Shown: positions 1 through 9,329, numbered from the stretch's first letter. The stretch is DNA of 51,459 bases from Phenylobacterium sp. (GCF_044371015.1 NZ_JBILUK010000001.1:1-51459), one strand, 5' to 3'. Translations and numbers: made by a program. The notes: generated by a model from the sequence alone, not told the origin.

Positions 1-2
1 TG

Positions 3-1106
3 GTCGAGGTGCTGGCGGAACTCGCCGAGGGGGGCGCCACGACGCTCTCGCTGCGCAAACGGCTGGCGGCCAGGGCCTATGGCCGCACGGCGACATACGA
101 TTCCGCGATCTCGTCCTGGTTCGCCGCCGAACTCGGCGAGTTCGCGCCGCAAAGGTTCAGCATTGGCGGCGAACTGGCGCAAACGATGCGTTATGGCGAG
201 AACCCGCACCAACAGGCGGCCTTCTATCGCCATCCGAACCCTGCGCCCGGCGTGGCCACGGCCCGCCAGCTGCAGGGCAAGGAGCTCAGCTACAACAATA
301 TCAACGACACCGATGCGGCCTTCGAACTGATCGCCGAGTTCGATCCGGCCAAGGCGCCGGCCTGCGCGATCATCAAGCACGCCAATCCCTGCGGTGTCGC
401 CACCGGGGCCAGCCTGGCTGAGGCCTATGACCGGGCGCTGGCCTGTGATCCAACCAGCGCTTTCGGCGGCATCGTCGCCCTCAACACCCGGCTGGACGCG
501 GCCACGGCGGCCAAGGTGCTGGAGATCTTCACCGAGGTTGTGATTGCGCCGGACGCAGATGAGGACGCCGTCGCGCTGTTCCGCAAGAAGAAGAACGTGC
601 GCCTGCTGATCACTGGAGGTCTGCCCGATCCGTCTGCGCCCGGCCGCACCTTCAAGTCGGTATCGGGCGGCTTCCTCACCCAGACCCGGGACACCGCCCG
701 CCTTACGCCGGCCGACCTCAAGGTGGTGACGAAACGTGCGCCGACCGAGGCCGAGATCACCGACATGCTGTTCGCCTTCACCATCGCCAAGCACGTGAAG
801 TCGAACGCTATCGTCTATGCGCGCGCCGGCCAGACTCTGGGCCTGGGCGCAGGCCAGATGAACCGCAAGGACAGCGCCCGTATCGCCGCTTTGCGCGCCG
901 CCGATTTCGGGCTGGACCTCAAGGGCTCAGCCTGTGCTTCAGAGGCCTTCTTCCCGTTCCCAGATGGCCTGATCCAAGCGGCCGATGCAGGCTGTACCGC
1001 GGTGATCCAGCCGGGAGGCTCCATCGGCGACGACAAGGTAATCGCCGCCGCCGACGAACGCGGCCTCGCCATGGTCTTCACCGGCGTCAGGGTGTTCCGC
1101 CACTAG
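3..1106 (+). CDS. purH: Bifunctional AICAR transformylase/IMP cyclohydrolase, 5'-truncated by the window edge
   Basis: Motifs [43 protein letters not shown] and C-terminal R-x-FRH; the frame is open from the window start. Confidence 0.97.
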   Translation, partial: VEVLAELAEGGATTLSLRKRLAARAYGRTATYDSAISSWFAAELGEFAPQRFSIGGELAQTMRYGENPHQQAAFYRHPNPAPGVATARQLQGKELSYNNINDTDAAFELIAEFDPAKAPACAIIKHANPCGVATGASLAEAYDRALACDPTSAFGGIVALNTRLDAATAAKVLEIFTEVVIAPDADEDAVALFRKKKNVRLLITGGLPDPSAPGRTFKSVSGGFLTQTRDTARLTPADLKVVTKRAPTEAEITDMLFAFTIAKHVKSNAIVYARAGQTLGLGAGQMNRKDSARIAALRAADFGLDLKGSACASEAFFPFPDGLIQAADAGCTAVIQPGGSIGDDKVIAAADERGLAMVFTGVRVFRH

Positions 1107-1115
1107 GGCCTGGCG

Positions 1116-2063
1116 CTAAGCTGCCGCCTCGGTCTTCGATGTCAGCGAGACAAACACATCTTCCAGGTCTGGGTCCTCGGTGGCGATGTCCTTGATCGAG
1201 ACGCCGGCCGCGCGGATCGCCGCCAGCACCTGTTCGACGCTGGAGTGGCCGGTACGATAGCTGACCGAGAAGGCTCCACCCTTTAGCTGCCTGGTCTCGA
1301 AACCCGCCAGCTTTGGCGGCTCCGAGAGTGGTTCGGAAGGTGTGACCAGCACATTGCGGATGTCCATTCTCGCAAGCAGTGTCTCTGTCGGCTCGCAGGC
1401 CACCACCTCGCCCCGACTGACGATGGCGATGCGGTCGCAGAGCTCCTGCGCTTCCTCCAGATAGTGGGTGGTGAGCACGATGGTCACGCCCCGCCGGTTC
1501 AGCTCGACCACATAGCTCCAGAGCTGGCGGCGCAGCTCCACATCCACGCCCGCCGTCGGCTCATCCAGGATCAGGATCGGCGGATTGTGCACCATGGCCT
1601 TGGCCACCATCAGCCGGCGCTTCATGCCGCCCGACAGCTGGCGGACATAGGCGTCGGCCTTGTCGGCGAGGCCCAGCGCCGCCAGCAGCTCGTCGGTTCG
1701 ACGCTCCGCTTTGGGCACCGCGTACATGCCCGCCGCCACTTCCAGCGACTCGCGCGGGGTAAAGAACGGGTCGGCGGCGATCTCCTGGGGAACCACGCCG
1801 ATGGCGGCCCGCGCGTCGCGCGGTCGGGCGTCGATGTCGCGGTCCCAGATGCTCACCTGGCCCGAGCTCTTCCGCACCAGTCCGGCCAGGATGTTGATGA
1901 AGGTCGACTTCCCGGCCCCGTTCGGCCCTAGCAGACCGAAGATCGAGCCGCGCGGGATGGCGAGGTCGATGCCCTTCAACGCCCGCATCTCCGGGGTGGT
2001 CTTGGTGGCGGCGTAGGTCTTGGTCAGGCCCTGGGCCAGGATGGCGTTGTCGGGAAGGTCCAT
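1116..2063 (-). CDS. ABC transporter ATP-binding protein (ABC-2/YadG-like)
   Basis: Walker A GPNGAGKS, signature LSGGMKRR, Walker B ILILDEPT, H-loop TTH. Confidence 0.93.
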   Translation of the reverse strand: MDLPDNAILAQGLTKTYAATKTTPEMRALKGIDLAIPRGSIFGLLGPNGAGKSTFINILAGLVRKSSGQVSIWDRDIDARPRDARAAIGVVPQEIAADPFFTPRESLEVAAGMYAVPKAERRTDELLAALGLADKADAYVRQLSGGMKRRLMVAKAMVHNPPILILDEPTAGVDVELRRQLWSYVVELNRRGVTIVLTTHYLEEAQELCDRIAIVSRGEVVACEPTETLLARMDIRNVLVTPSEPLSEPPKLAGFETRQLKGGAFSVSYRTGHSSVEQVLAAIRAAGVSIKDIATEDPDLEDVFVSLTSKTEAAA

Positions 2064-2151
2064 GGAGCCCTATCGTTGACGGCGAAGCTGCGCCCGGCAT
2101 ACCTAGGCCCCAGCCGGCGCGTCGCCAAGCGTAGGCGCAGGGACTTTTCTG

Positions 2152-2367
2152 ATGGCCGACAACATGCCCGCACCCGAGATCGTGGCCATCCACGGCCACC
2201 GCGTCGCCTGTGACGGGGTCGGCGGTGCGCTGGGCCATCCGCGCGTCTGGCTTGAGATGGGCGAGGGCGACTACGTGGAGTGTCCCTACTGTGATCGCCG
2301 GTTCGTCCGCGCCCATGGCGACACGACCGCCACACCAGGGGTCTACGAGATCGACAGCGGGCACTGA
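2152..2367 (+). CDS. Zinc-finger (zf-CHCC, NDUFS6-like) small protein
   Basis: VACDG..GALGHPRVWL...VECPYC motif; divergent from the ABC ATPase. Confidence 0.88.
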   Translation: MADNMPAPEIVAIHGHRVACDGVGGALGHPRVWLEMGEGDYVECPYCDRRFVRAHGDTTATPGVYEIDSGH

Positions 2368-2405
2368 GCATACCCCCCAACCGCGGAGCGGTGGGAGGTG
2401 ATGCT
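2368..2405. terminator. Hairpin between convergent genes (possible bidirectional terminator)
   Basis: Imperfect inverted repeat gcat-accccccaaccgc-gga-gcggtgggaggtg-atgc filling the gap between the zf-CHCC and dnaN stop codons; no U-tract. Confidence 0.4.
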
Positions 2406-3524
2406 CTAAACCCTCAGCGGCATCAGGATGTACTGCACGTCCGCGTCGCCCGGATCGAGCACCAGGGCCGGGTCGTTTGAGCCGCCGAAGCGCATCTCCA
2501 TCACCTCGCCGGAGATCTGGTCGGTGATATCCATAAGGTAGCGAGCGTTGAACGACAGTTCGAAGGCGTCACCGTCGTAGTCGATCTCCAGCTCTTCCAC
2601 CGCCTGGCCGGCCTCCATGTTGCGCACCGTCAGCACCACGCGGCCGGCCTCGATGGCCATACGCACCGAGCGGCTTTTCTCGGCCGAGATGGTGGCCACG
2701 CGGTCCACGGCCTGAGCGAACAGGCGCGCGTCGGCCATGACCCGGCGCGCATTGTCCTTGGGGATCACCCGACTGTAGTCGGGGAACGAGCCGTCTATGA
2801 CCTTCGAGGTCAAGGCGGCGCCGCCGAGCTCCAATCGCACCTTTTGGGGACTGATCTGCAGCTCGACGCTCTCGCCTGCATCGTCCAGCAGGCGGCGGAT
2901 CTCGGCGATTGTCTTGCGCGGGACGATCACGCCGGGTGCGCCGGCCGCGCCCTGGGGCGCCGGCATGTCCGCCAGCGCCAACCGCGAGCCATCGGTGGCC
3001 ACTGCGCGCAGACGGGCCTGGCCGCCTACGATCACCGTGTGCACATAAAGGCCGTTCAAATAATAGCGCGTCTCCTCCGCCGAAATGGCGAAGCGCGTCT
3101 TGTCGATCAGCCGGATGAGGTCGTTGGCGTCGACCGAAATCGAGCCCGAGATCCCGTCCGAGGACATCACCGGAAAGTCGCCGGCGGGCAGCACTGGCAG
3201 GTTGAAGCGGCTGCGGCCCGCCGCCACGGTCAGGCGCGGATCGTCGCCGGTGAAGCTCAGTGAGACATCGGCCCCTTCCGGAAGCTTTCGGACGATCTCA
3301 TAGAGAGTGTGCGCCGGTGCAGTGATCTGGCCGGCTACGTCCACCTGGGCCAGCGCCGTGTCGATGATCTCCATGTCGAGATCGGTCGCCGCGAAGGTCA
3401 GCTGGTCGCGTTCCGCAGTGAGCAGCACATTCGAGAGGATCGGGATCGTGTTGCGGCGCTCCACCGCGCTCTGCACATGGCCCAGCGCTTTCAGCAGCGC
3501 GGCGCGTTCGATGGTCAGCTTCAT
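2406..3524 (-). CDS. dnaN: DNA polymerase III beta sliding clamp
   Basis: 372 aa; VERRNTIPILSNV, ATDLD, ETRYYLNG, VATDG, IDGSFPDY, C-terminal LMPLRV. Confidence 0.98.
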   Translation of the reverse strand: MKLTIERAALLKALGHVQSAVERRNTIPILSNVLLTAERDQLTFAATDLDMEIIDTALAQVDVAGQITAPAHTLYEIVRKLPEGADVSLSFTGDDPRLTVAAGRSRFNLPVLPAGDFPVMSSDGISGSISVDANDLIRLIDKTRFAISAEETRYYLNGLYVHTVIVGGQARLRAVATDGSRLALADMPAPQGAAGAPGVIVPRKTIAEIRRLLDDAGESVELQISPQKVRLELGGAALTSKVIDGSFPDYSRVIPKDNARRVMADARLFAQAVDRVATISAEKSRSVRMAIEAGRVVLTVRNMEAGQAVEELEIDYDGDAFELSFNARYLMDITDQISGEVMEMRFGGSNDPALVLDPGDADVQYILMPLRV

Positions 3525-3628
3525 TCCAGATCCCGGTCGGTCAGCGCGCGGAGTCGATGGGAACCCGCGCGATAGGGACCACGGACATTAGCGGAAACCG
3601 GCGCCGGTGGAAGCCCGGCCAAGCGGTC

Positions 3629-4216
3629 TCAGGCGCGGGTATCCACTGATCCGCCAGCGTCATCCACGGTCTCCCCGCCGCCGCCGCTTCCATAGGGGTT
3701 GGGTGGCGCGGCGCCCTTGGCCGCGACCACCACCATGGCCGGGCGCACCAGACGGCCGAGCAGTTCGTAGCCCGGTTGCAGAACCTGGACCACGCCCCCC
3801 GGCTCCACCTCGGTTCCGGGCTGTTCCATCATCGCCTGGTGCTTGTGGGGATCGAATTTCTCGCCCTTGGCCGGATCGATGCGCTTGAGCCCGTTCTTGT
3901 CGAAGGCGCCCTGCAGCTCCTTGGAGGTCATCTCAACGCCCACAACGAAGTTCTTTACCGGACCCTCCCCCACTGGAGCGGCGGCCAGCGCGCGTTCGAA
4001 CGTGTCGGCCACGCCCAGCAGATCACGCGCGAACTTTGTGATCGCATAGGCGCGCGCGTCGTTCATCTCGCGCTCGGCCCGGCGCTTGGTGTTTTCCGCC
4101 TCGGCGGCATAGCGCAGCACCTGGTCCTTCAGCGCCTGGATCTCGGCGGCTATGGCCTCCAGATCGGTAGAATCATCGCCGGCTTCAAAGTCGGCGGGCG
4201 TCAGTTCCTCGGACAT
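3629..4216 (-). CDS. grpE: Nucleotide exchange factor GrpE
   Basis: AEAENTKRR, FARDLL, FDPHKHQAM, GYELLGRLVRPAMV; directly downstream of hrcA. Confidence 0.97.
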   Translation of the reverse strand: MSEELTPADFEAGDDSTDLEAIAAEIQALKDQVLRYAAEAENTKRRAEREMNDARAYAITKFARDLLGVADTFERALAAAPVGEGPVKNFVVGVEMTSKELQGAFDKNGLKRIDPAKGEKFDPHKHQAMMEQPGTEVEPGGVVQVLQPGYELLGRLVRPAMVVVAAKGAAPPNPYGSGGGGETVDDAGGSVDTRA

Positions 4217-4234
4217 AGCGTCTTATTCAATTCC

Positions 4235-5302
4235 TTAGGCATTCATCACCTGGCCCAGCACGCGGGCGGTGTAGTCCACCAGCGGGATGATCCGGGCGTA
4301 GTTAAGGCGAGCCGGGCCGATCACGCCGATCGCGCCCACCACCCGCTGCGAGCCCGTCATATAGGGCGCCGCGATCACGGCGGAACCCGAAAGCGAGAAC
4401 AGGCGGGTCTCTGCGCCGATGAAGATGCGCACACCCTCGCCGTCTCGGACCCCGTCCAGCAGCGAAATGAGCTGCTCCTTCTGCTCCAGATCCTCGAAGA
4501 GAGAGCGCACCCGTTCGAGGTCTTCAAGGGTCTCGCGGTCTTCCAGCAGGTTGGCGCGGCCGCGCACAATCAGCGCCCGATCCGCCGCCTCGCCGCCGCC
4601 CCAGGCGGCCAGGCCATCCTCGACCAGGCGCGCTGCCGCATCGTCGAGCTCACGCCGGGCCTGATCGAGTTCGGCGCGCAGGTCGATCCTGGTCTCCTGC
4701 AGGGTGCGGCCCCGTAGCCGGGCGTTGAGGAAGTTGGAAGCCGCCTGAAGGGAGGACGGTGTAACGCCCTCGGGCAGACGCATAAGCCGATTTTCCACCG
4801 AGCCGTCGTCGAACACCATGATCGCCAGCGTGCGATCGCCGGACAATGGAACGAACTCCACGTGGCTGACGCCCGCGTCGCGCACCGGGGTCACCACCAC
4901 GCCCGCGCCCCCGGCCAACCCCGAAAGGATGGCGGAAGCCTCGTTCAGCGCGTCCTCATAGTTGCGCCCGTGCGCCAGTAGGCGCGCCTCGATCGACCGC
5001 CGATCGACCTCCGCCACATTGCCCACCTCCATCAGACCGTCGACGAACAGCCGTAGACCCGCATGGGTCGGCAGCCGCCCGGCGCTGACGTGCGGCGCGC
5101 CCAGAAGGCCAAGCTGAGTCAGATCCTGCATGGTGTTGCGGATTGAGGCTGGCGACAGCGAGATCCCAGCCCGGGAGAGGGTGCGTGAGCCCACCGGTTC
5201 CCCGGTCTCCAGATAGCTCTCCACAATCCGGCGAAAGATATCGCGAGCCCGCGCATCCATATCGGTCAGTGTCGGGCCTCTGGCGAACAAGGGCGTGGTC
5301 AC
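4235..5302 (-). CDS. hrcA: Heat-inducible transcription repressor HrcA
   Basis: [47 protein letters not shown]. Confidence 0.97.
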   Translation of the reverse strand: MTTPLFARGPTLTDMDARARDIFRRIVESYLETGEPVGSRTLSRAGISLSPASIRNTMQDLTQLGLLGAPHVSAGRLPTHAGLRLFVDGLMEVGNVAEVDRRSIEARLLAHGRNYEDALNEASAILSGLAGGAGVVVTPVRDAGVSHVEFVPLSGDRTLAIMVFDDGSVENRLMRLPEGVTPSSLQAASNFLNARLRGRTLQETRIDLRAELDQARRELDDAAARLVEDGLAAWGGGEAADRALIVRGRANLLEDRETLEDLERVRSLFEDLEQKEQLISLLDGVRDGEGVRIFIGAETRLFSLSGSAVIAAPYMTGSQRVVGAIGVIGPARLNYARIIPLVDYTARVLGQVMNA

Positions 5303-5404
5303 GGGCGGTTTCAGTCAGGCTCCTGGGCGGCGGACGGTGGGCCATGGACGGCGAGGTTCTGATCTAGGATAAGCCGCGACCGCTTCCCAAAGCCAAGGTC
5401 TTTC

Positions 5405-6127
5405 ATGCGCCCGTCCAACCGTACGCCCGACGCGCTCCGCGCCATCAACCTCGAAACCGGGGTCACCCGCTATGCCGAGGGCTCGTGCCTGATCACCGCC
5501 GGTCACACCAAGGTGCTGGTCACGGCGAGCCTTGAAGAGGGCGTTCCGGGCTTCCTGCGCGGACGCGGCCAAGGCTGGGTGACGGCGGAATACGGCATGC
5601 TGCCCCGTGCCACGCACACGCGAGGCCGGCGCGAGGCGGCGCAGGGCAAGCAGTCGGGCCGCACCCAGGAGATCCAGCGCCTGATCGGGCGCTCGCTGCG
5701 CGCGGTCACCGACCTGAAGGCGCTGGGCGAGCGGCAGATCACCGTCGACTGTGACGTGCTCCAGGCCGACGGCGGCACGCGCACCGCCTCTATCACCGGC
5801 GCCTGGGTGGCGCTCCGCCTGGCGACCCAGCATCTTCTGGACGAGGGCATAATCGCCAACGACCCGATCCTCGACCAGGTGGCGGCGGTGAGTTGTGGCA
5901 TTTTCGCCGACACCCCGGTGCTCGATCTCGACTATGAGGAAGACAGCAACGCCGAGGCCGACGCCAACTTCGTCCTGACCGGATCGGGCCAGATCGTCGA
6001 GATCCAGGCGACGGGCGAGAGGCGCGGCTTCAGCCAGGCAGAGTTCGACGCGCTGTTCGGCCTGGCGCGCTCGGGCATCGCCGACCTCTGCGCCCTGCAG
6101 CGGTCGGCGGCCGGTTCTCAGAAGTAG
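5405..6127 (+). CDS. rph: Ribonuclease PH
   Basis: [52 protein letters not shown]. Confidence 0.98.
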   Translation: MRPSNRTPDALRAINLETGVTRYAEGSCLITAGHTKVLVTASLEEGVPGFLRGRGQGWVTAEYGMLPRATHTRGRREAAQGKQSGRTQEIQRLIGRSLRAVTDLKALGERQITVDCDVLQADGGTRTASITGAWVALRLATQHLLDEGIIANDPILDQVAAVSCGIFADTPVLDLDYEEDSNAEADANFVLTGSGQIVEIQATGERRGFSQAEFDALFGLARSGIADLCALQRSAAGSQK

Positions 6128-6222
6128 ACGTCGAGGCGGAGAGCCTGAGGTGGCAGGCGCGCCAGTTCGCGGGCCAGCGGCGCGAACATCGCGTCGAGCA
6201 TACGTTCGATCAGCTTGAGCAT
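6118..6222 (-). CDS. Candidate microprotein A, 34 aa ([34 protein letters not shown])
   Basis: ATG..TGA ORF with mostly G/C-ending codons and an AGGGGA Shine-Dalgarno 7 nt upstream; overlaps the rph 3' end by 10 nt; not in the ORF track. Confidence 0.6.
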   Translation of the reverse strand: MLKLIERMLDAMFAPLARELARLPPQALRLDVYF

Positions 6223-6236
6223 CTGAAAATCCCCTA

Positions 6237-6248
6237 TTGTGCGATGCA
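6237..6248 (-). promoter_or_regulatory. PhaR/AniA-like binding box TGCATCGCACAA
   Basis: Fits the TGCRNYGCASMA motif described for alphaproteobacterial PhaR; lies just upstream of the microprotein A ribosome-binding site. Confidence 0.5.
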
Positions 6249-6306
6249 ATATCGGGGATTTAGTTTTCAGGTCCGTGAATTACAAGGTCCTTAGGCGTCT
6301 ACATCG

Positions 6307-6326
6307 GCGACGCGATATCGCGTCGC
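6307..6326. repeat. Perfect 20-bp palindrome GCGACGCGATATCGCGTCGC
   Basis: Exact self-complementary 20-mer 9 nt downstream of the XRE gene stop; hairpin or operator. Confidence 0.65.
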
Positions 6327-6335
6327 AGCATAGCC

Positions 6336-6572
6336 TTAGCCTTCGTCGTCATCCGGCGGGATGTCGGGACCCGGCTCGTAGACAATCAGATCGCCGGGTT
6401 GGCAGTCGAGCTCACGGCACAGCGCGGCCAGTGTCGAGAAGCGCACAGCGCGGGCCTTGCCGGTCTTGAGAATCGACAGGTTGGCGATGGTTACGCCGAC
6501 CCGGTCGGCGAGCTCGGTCAGCGACATCCGTCGTTCGAGCAGCATGCGGTCTAGGCTTACGCGGATGGGCAT
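6336..6572 (-). CDS. XRE/Cro-family HTH transcriptional regulator (YozG-like)
   Basis: MSLTELADRVGVTIANLSILKTGKARAVRFSTL...CQPGD, typical of regulators paired with DUF2975. Confidence 0.93.
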   Translation of the reverse strand: MPIRVSLDRMLLERRMSLTELADRVGVTIANLSILKTGKARAVRFSTLAALCRELDCQPGDLIVYEPGPDIPPDDDEG

Positions 6573-6575
6573 GGC

Positions 6576-7103
6576 TCAGATCGTCAGCTCCGCTTCACGG
6601 CGCAGGCGGGCGCCTTCACGGAAGACCTCGGCGAGCACAAACACCACCAGCACCGAGAACCAAGCGGTCACGCCGACGCCGGGCTCCCGCTGGCTGGCGC
6701 CCGGAAGCCACGCGCCCAGCGCCCAGACCGCGTAGCGGCCAAGCTCAAGGCCCGCCAGCATCAGTCCGATCAGGCGCAGACGCGCCACATTCTCCGGATG
6801 GAAGGGGTCGCCCGCGGTCAGGGTGGCGAAGATGCGGCGCAAGACGCCCACGATCACCAGAACGCCGGTAAGATAGAACGCCGCGGCGGCGAGTCCGGCG
6901 GCCAGCACAGGGCCGCGCTCGGCGACCGTGGCGGCTTCGCCGTTGAAGCGCACATTGGCGAGCATTTCAGGATTGGAGCCCAAAAGCAGCGCAGCGAGCG
7001 CGATCAGAGCCAGGGCGCCGACGCCGATCCACAGGGCGGCGAAAACGACATCGAGAATGATCTTGAGGAAGCTGGAAACCGAGCCAGGGCCAAGTGCGCG
7101 CAT
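6576..7103 (-). CDS. DUF2975 family membrane protein
   Basis: About four transmembrane segments, GDPF..ENV.RLR motif, C-terminal VLAEVFREGARLRREAELTI; 3 nt upstream of the XRE gene. Confidence 0.9.
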   Translation of the reverse strand: MRALGPGSVSSFLKIILDVVFAALWIGVGALALIALAALLLGSNPEMLANVRFNGEAATVAERGPVLAAGLAAAAFYLTGVLVIVGVLRRIFATLTAGDPFHPENVARLRLIGLMLAGLELGRYAVWALGAWLPGASQREPGVGVTAWFSVLVVFVLAEVFREGARLRREAELTI

Positions 7104-7208
7104 AGTGTTAGCTAGCCTCCCCCAAAGGAACCGTCAGGATCCGCGCCGGTGCGGCTTGGCGCCGGTCGCCGGGGCGGATCGGACGATGCTCATCTTTCGG
7201 GGCCGAAC

Positions 7209-7316
7209 TTAAGCGAAGGCGGCCTGGGCGGCGATGCTCAGGATCGGCGATGCCGCCAGCACCACGACCAAGACCATGGCGACCCGGTCGATCTGGTTCA
7301 TGACTTGGGTGAACAT
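7209..7316 (-). CDS. Candidate microprotein B, 35 aa, hydrophobic (MFTQVMNQIDRVAMVLVVVLAASPILSIAAQAAFA)
   Basis: ATG..TAA ORF, AGGAG Shine-Dalgarno 6 nt upstream, G/C-ending codons, a single hydrophobic segment; not in the ORF track. Confidence 0.72.
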   Translation of the reverse strand: MFTQVMNQIDRVAMVLVVVLAASPILSIAAQAAFA

Positions 7317-7333
7317 ATCTAGCTCCTAGGTTT

Positions 7334-7346
7334 GCCGCAGTGCGGC
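7334..7346. promoter_or_regulatory. Palindrome GCCGCA-G-TGCGGC (PhaR-box-like) upstream of microprotein B
   Basis: Perfect 6-1-6 inverted repeat just upstream of the Shine-Dalgarno; a related CGCAATGCAGCA is at 7441-7452. Confidence 0.4.
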
Positions 7347-7383
7347 GTGGTTTTGTCAGATCGGGCTGACCTGATGCGATTAT

Positions 7384-7433
7384 CGATATGTCCATATCGT
7401 TTCCCAATCACGTGAATATCGAGTAACGATATT
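7384..7433. promoter_or_regulatory. Operator cluster (AATATCG-N5-CGATATT and CGATATG-N2-CATATCG), candidate XRE autoregulatory sites
   Basis: Perfect inverted repeats at 7415-7433 and 7384-7399 in an AT-rich patch upstream of the microprotein B-DUF2975-XRE unit. Confidence 0.6.
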
Positions 7434-7498
7434 AAACTTTCGCAATGCAGCAGAGCTCGCTGGCGCTATGGTTTGTCGCCTGAACGAGGGAGCGCGAG

Positions 7499-8098
7499 AT
7501 GGCCCTTAAGCTGGAGCCTGGAACCCGGCTGGTGGTGGCGACCCACAATCCCGGCAAGGCGCGCGAGTTGGCAGAAATCCTGGATGGCCGATTCGAGCTG
7601 GTCGCCGCCGGCGCGCTCGGCCTTCCTGAGCCCGAGGAAACCGAGGCCACCTTCACCGGCAACGCGCTCTTGAAGGCCAGGGCCGCGGCCGACGCGTCCG
7701 GACTGGTTGCGCTGGCGGACGACTCGGGATTGTCGGTGAAGGCGCTCGACGGCGCGCCCGGGATCTACTCGGCCCGATGGGCCGGACCCGGCAAGGACTT
7801 CGCGATCGCCATAGCCGAGGTCGAGCAGCGCCTCGAGGAGAGGGGCGCCAAGGATAGGTCGGCGTGGTTCACCTGTGCGCTCGCTGTGGCTTGGCCGTTT
7901 GGACCTGCGGTGGTGGTTGAGGGCAGGGTCGACGGATCGCTGCAGTTTCCGCGGCGGGGAACACTGGGGTTCGGGTACGATCCTATCTTCGTCCCCCAGG
8001 GTAGCGCGCAAACCTTCGGCGAGATGGCACCCAAGGCAAAGGACGCTCTGAGCCATCGCACGCGGGCGTTCGAGAAACTGAAGGCCGCGCTGCTTTGA
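7499..8098 (+). CDS. rdgB: Non-canonical purine NTP pyrophosphatase (RdgB/Ham1)
   Basis: [40 protein letters not shown]. Confidence 0.97.
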   Translation: MALKLEPGTRLVVATHNPGKARELAEILDGRFELVAAGALGLPEPEETEATFTGNALLKARAAADASGLVALADDSGLSVKALDGAPGIYSARWAGPGKDFAIAIAEVEQRLEERGAKDRSAWFTCALAVAWPFGPAVVVEGRVDGSLQFPRRGTLGFGYDPIFVPQGSAQTFGEMAPKAKDALSHRTRAFEKLKAALL

Positions 8099-9324
8099 CG
8101 CCGCAGGGGCTCCGCCCGTTTGATTCAGGGCGTGATTCCGCCGGCGAATCCGTTCCCGCTTCGCCAGATCGCGCTCTAGGCGTCTACGTTCACTGGCCCT
8201 ACTGTGCGCGCATCTGCCCATACTGCGACTTTAACGTCCTTCGGGCGCGGGGTCGCGATGTGGAGGCTGATGCCCTGGCCCTCGCGATCGTGGCGGACAT
8301 GGAGGGCCAGGCCGCTCTGACCGGACCACGAGAGCTGGTGTCGGTTTTCTTCGGCGGTGGCACGCCCTCGCTGATGCGACCAGACCAGACGGCGATGATC
8401 CTAGCGGCCGCGCGGCGGCTTTGGCGCCCGGCGGCGGACCTGGAGGTGACGCTTGAGGCCAATCCCACCGACGCGGAGGCGCAACGCTATGTCGATTTCG
8501 CCGGGGCGGGCGTCAACCGTCTCTCGTTGGGGCTGCAGGCGTTGGACGATGCGGCGCTGAAGTTTCTGGGTCGGGATCACGACACCGCCGAGGGTTTGCG
8601 TGCGGCGAACGTCGCCCTCGAAGCCTTTCCCCGCGTTTCGCTCGATCTGATCTATGCGCGGCCCGGTCAGACTCCCGAGGATTGGGCGCTGGAGTTGCGC
8701 GCCGCCGCGCGCTTGGGGGCTGAGCACATCTCTCCCTATCAACTCACCATCGAGCCGGGCACGGCGTTTGACCGGGCGGTGGCGCGCGGCGTCTTCTCGA
8801 CCCCGGCGGAGGATCCGGCCGCCGATCTCTACGAGGCCACACAGGCCGTACTGGAGGCCGAAGGCTTTGCGGCCTACGAGGTGTCCAACCACGCCCGGAC
8901 CGAGGCCGCCCGCGCGCGACACAATCTCGCCGGCTGGCGGGGCCTGGACTATGTCGGCGCAGGCCCAGGCGCCCATGGTCGGCTAACGTTGGACGGCGCG
9001 CGGGTCGCGACCCGCGCCGCGGCCAGACCCGCTGACTACATCCGTCGGGTGGACGCCACGGGTGTTGGTTTCGCGGAGCGCGACGTCTTGAGCGCCGTCG
9101 AAGCCGCTGAGGAGCGCCTGTTGATGGGTTTGCGCATTATCGAGGGCGTCGCCTTTGCCGACGTCGCGGCCCTCGGCCTGACGCCGCCGAATGTCCGCGA
9201 TCTGGTGGCTGCGGGTCTGGTGGTCGATGACCCGGTCCGCCTTCGCGCCACCCCCGCCGGCCGCCGGGTGCTGAATGCGCTGACAACGCACCTTGCCACC
9301 GCGGTCGCCGCGAGCGCAGCCTGA
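8095..9324 (+). CDS. hemW: Radical SAM heme chaperone HemW
   Basis: [17 protein letters not shown] (CxxxCxxC), [19 protein letters not shown]; start overlaps the rdgB stop. Confidence 0.93.
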   Translation: MTPQGLRPFDSGRDSAGESVPASPDRALGVYVHWPYCARICPYCDFNVLRARGRDVEADALALAIVADMEGQAALTGPRELVSVFFGGGTPSLMRPDQTAMILAAARRLWRPAADLEVTLEANPTDAEAQRYVDFAGAGVNRLSLGLQALDDAALKFLGRDHDTAEGLRAANVALEAFPRVSLDLIYARPGQTPEDWALELRAAARLGAEHISPYQLTIEPGTAFDRAVARGVFSTPAEDPAADLYEATQAVLEAEGFAAYEVSNHARTEAARARHNLAGWRGLDYVGAGPGAHGRLTLDGARVATRAAARPADYIRRVDATGVGFAERDVLSAVEAAEERLLMGLRIIEGVAFADVAALGLTPPNVRDLVAAGLVVDDPVRLRATPAGRRVLNALTTHLATAVAASAA

Positions 9325-9329
9325 GCGCC

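Noticed and set aside
1116-2063. ABC ATPase with no adjacent permease
   Set aside because: To my knowledge this ATPase is commonly divergent from zf-CHCC with its permease elsewhere in alphaproteobacteria, so it is not unusual
5303-5404. CIRCE element or sigma-32 promoter upstream of hrcA
   Set aside because: No TTAGCACTC-N9-GAGTGCTAA; a CCTAGAT -10-like word exists on the minus strand but the -35 spacing is poor
7405-7418. parS-like word CAATCACGTGAATA
   Set aside because: Only 9 of 14 positions match GTTTCACGTGAAAC; better explained as part of the local operator region
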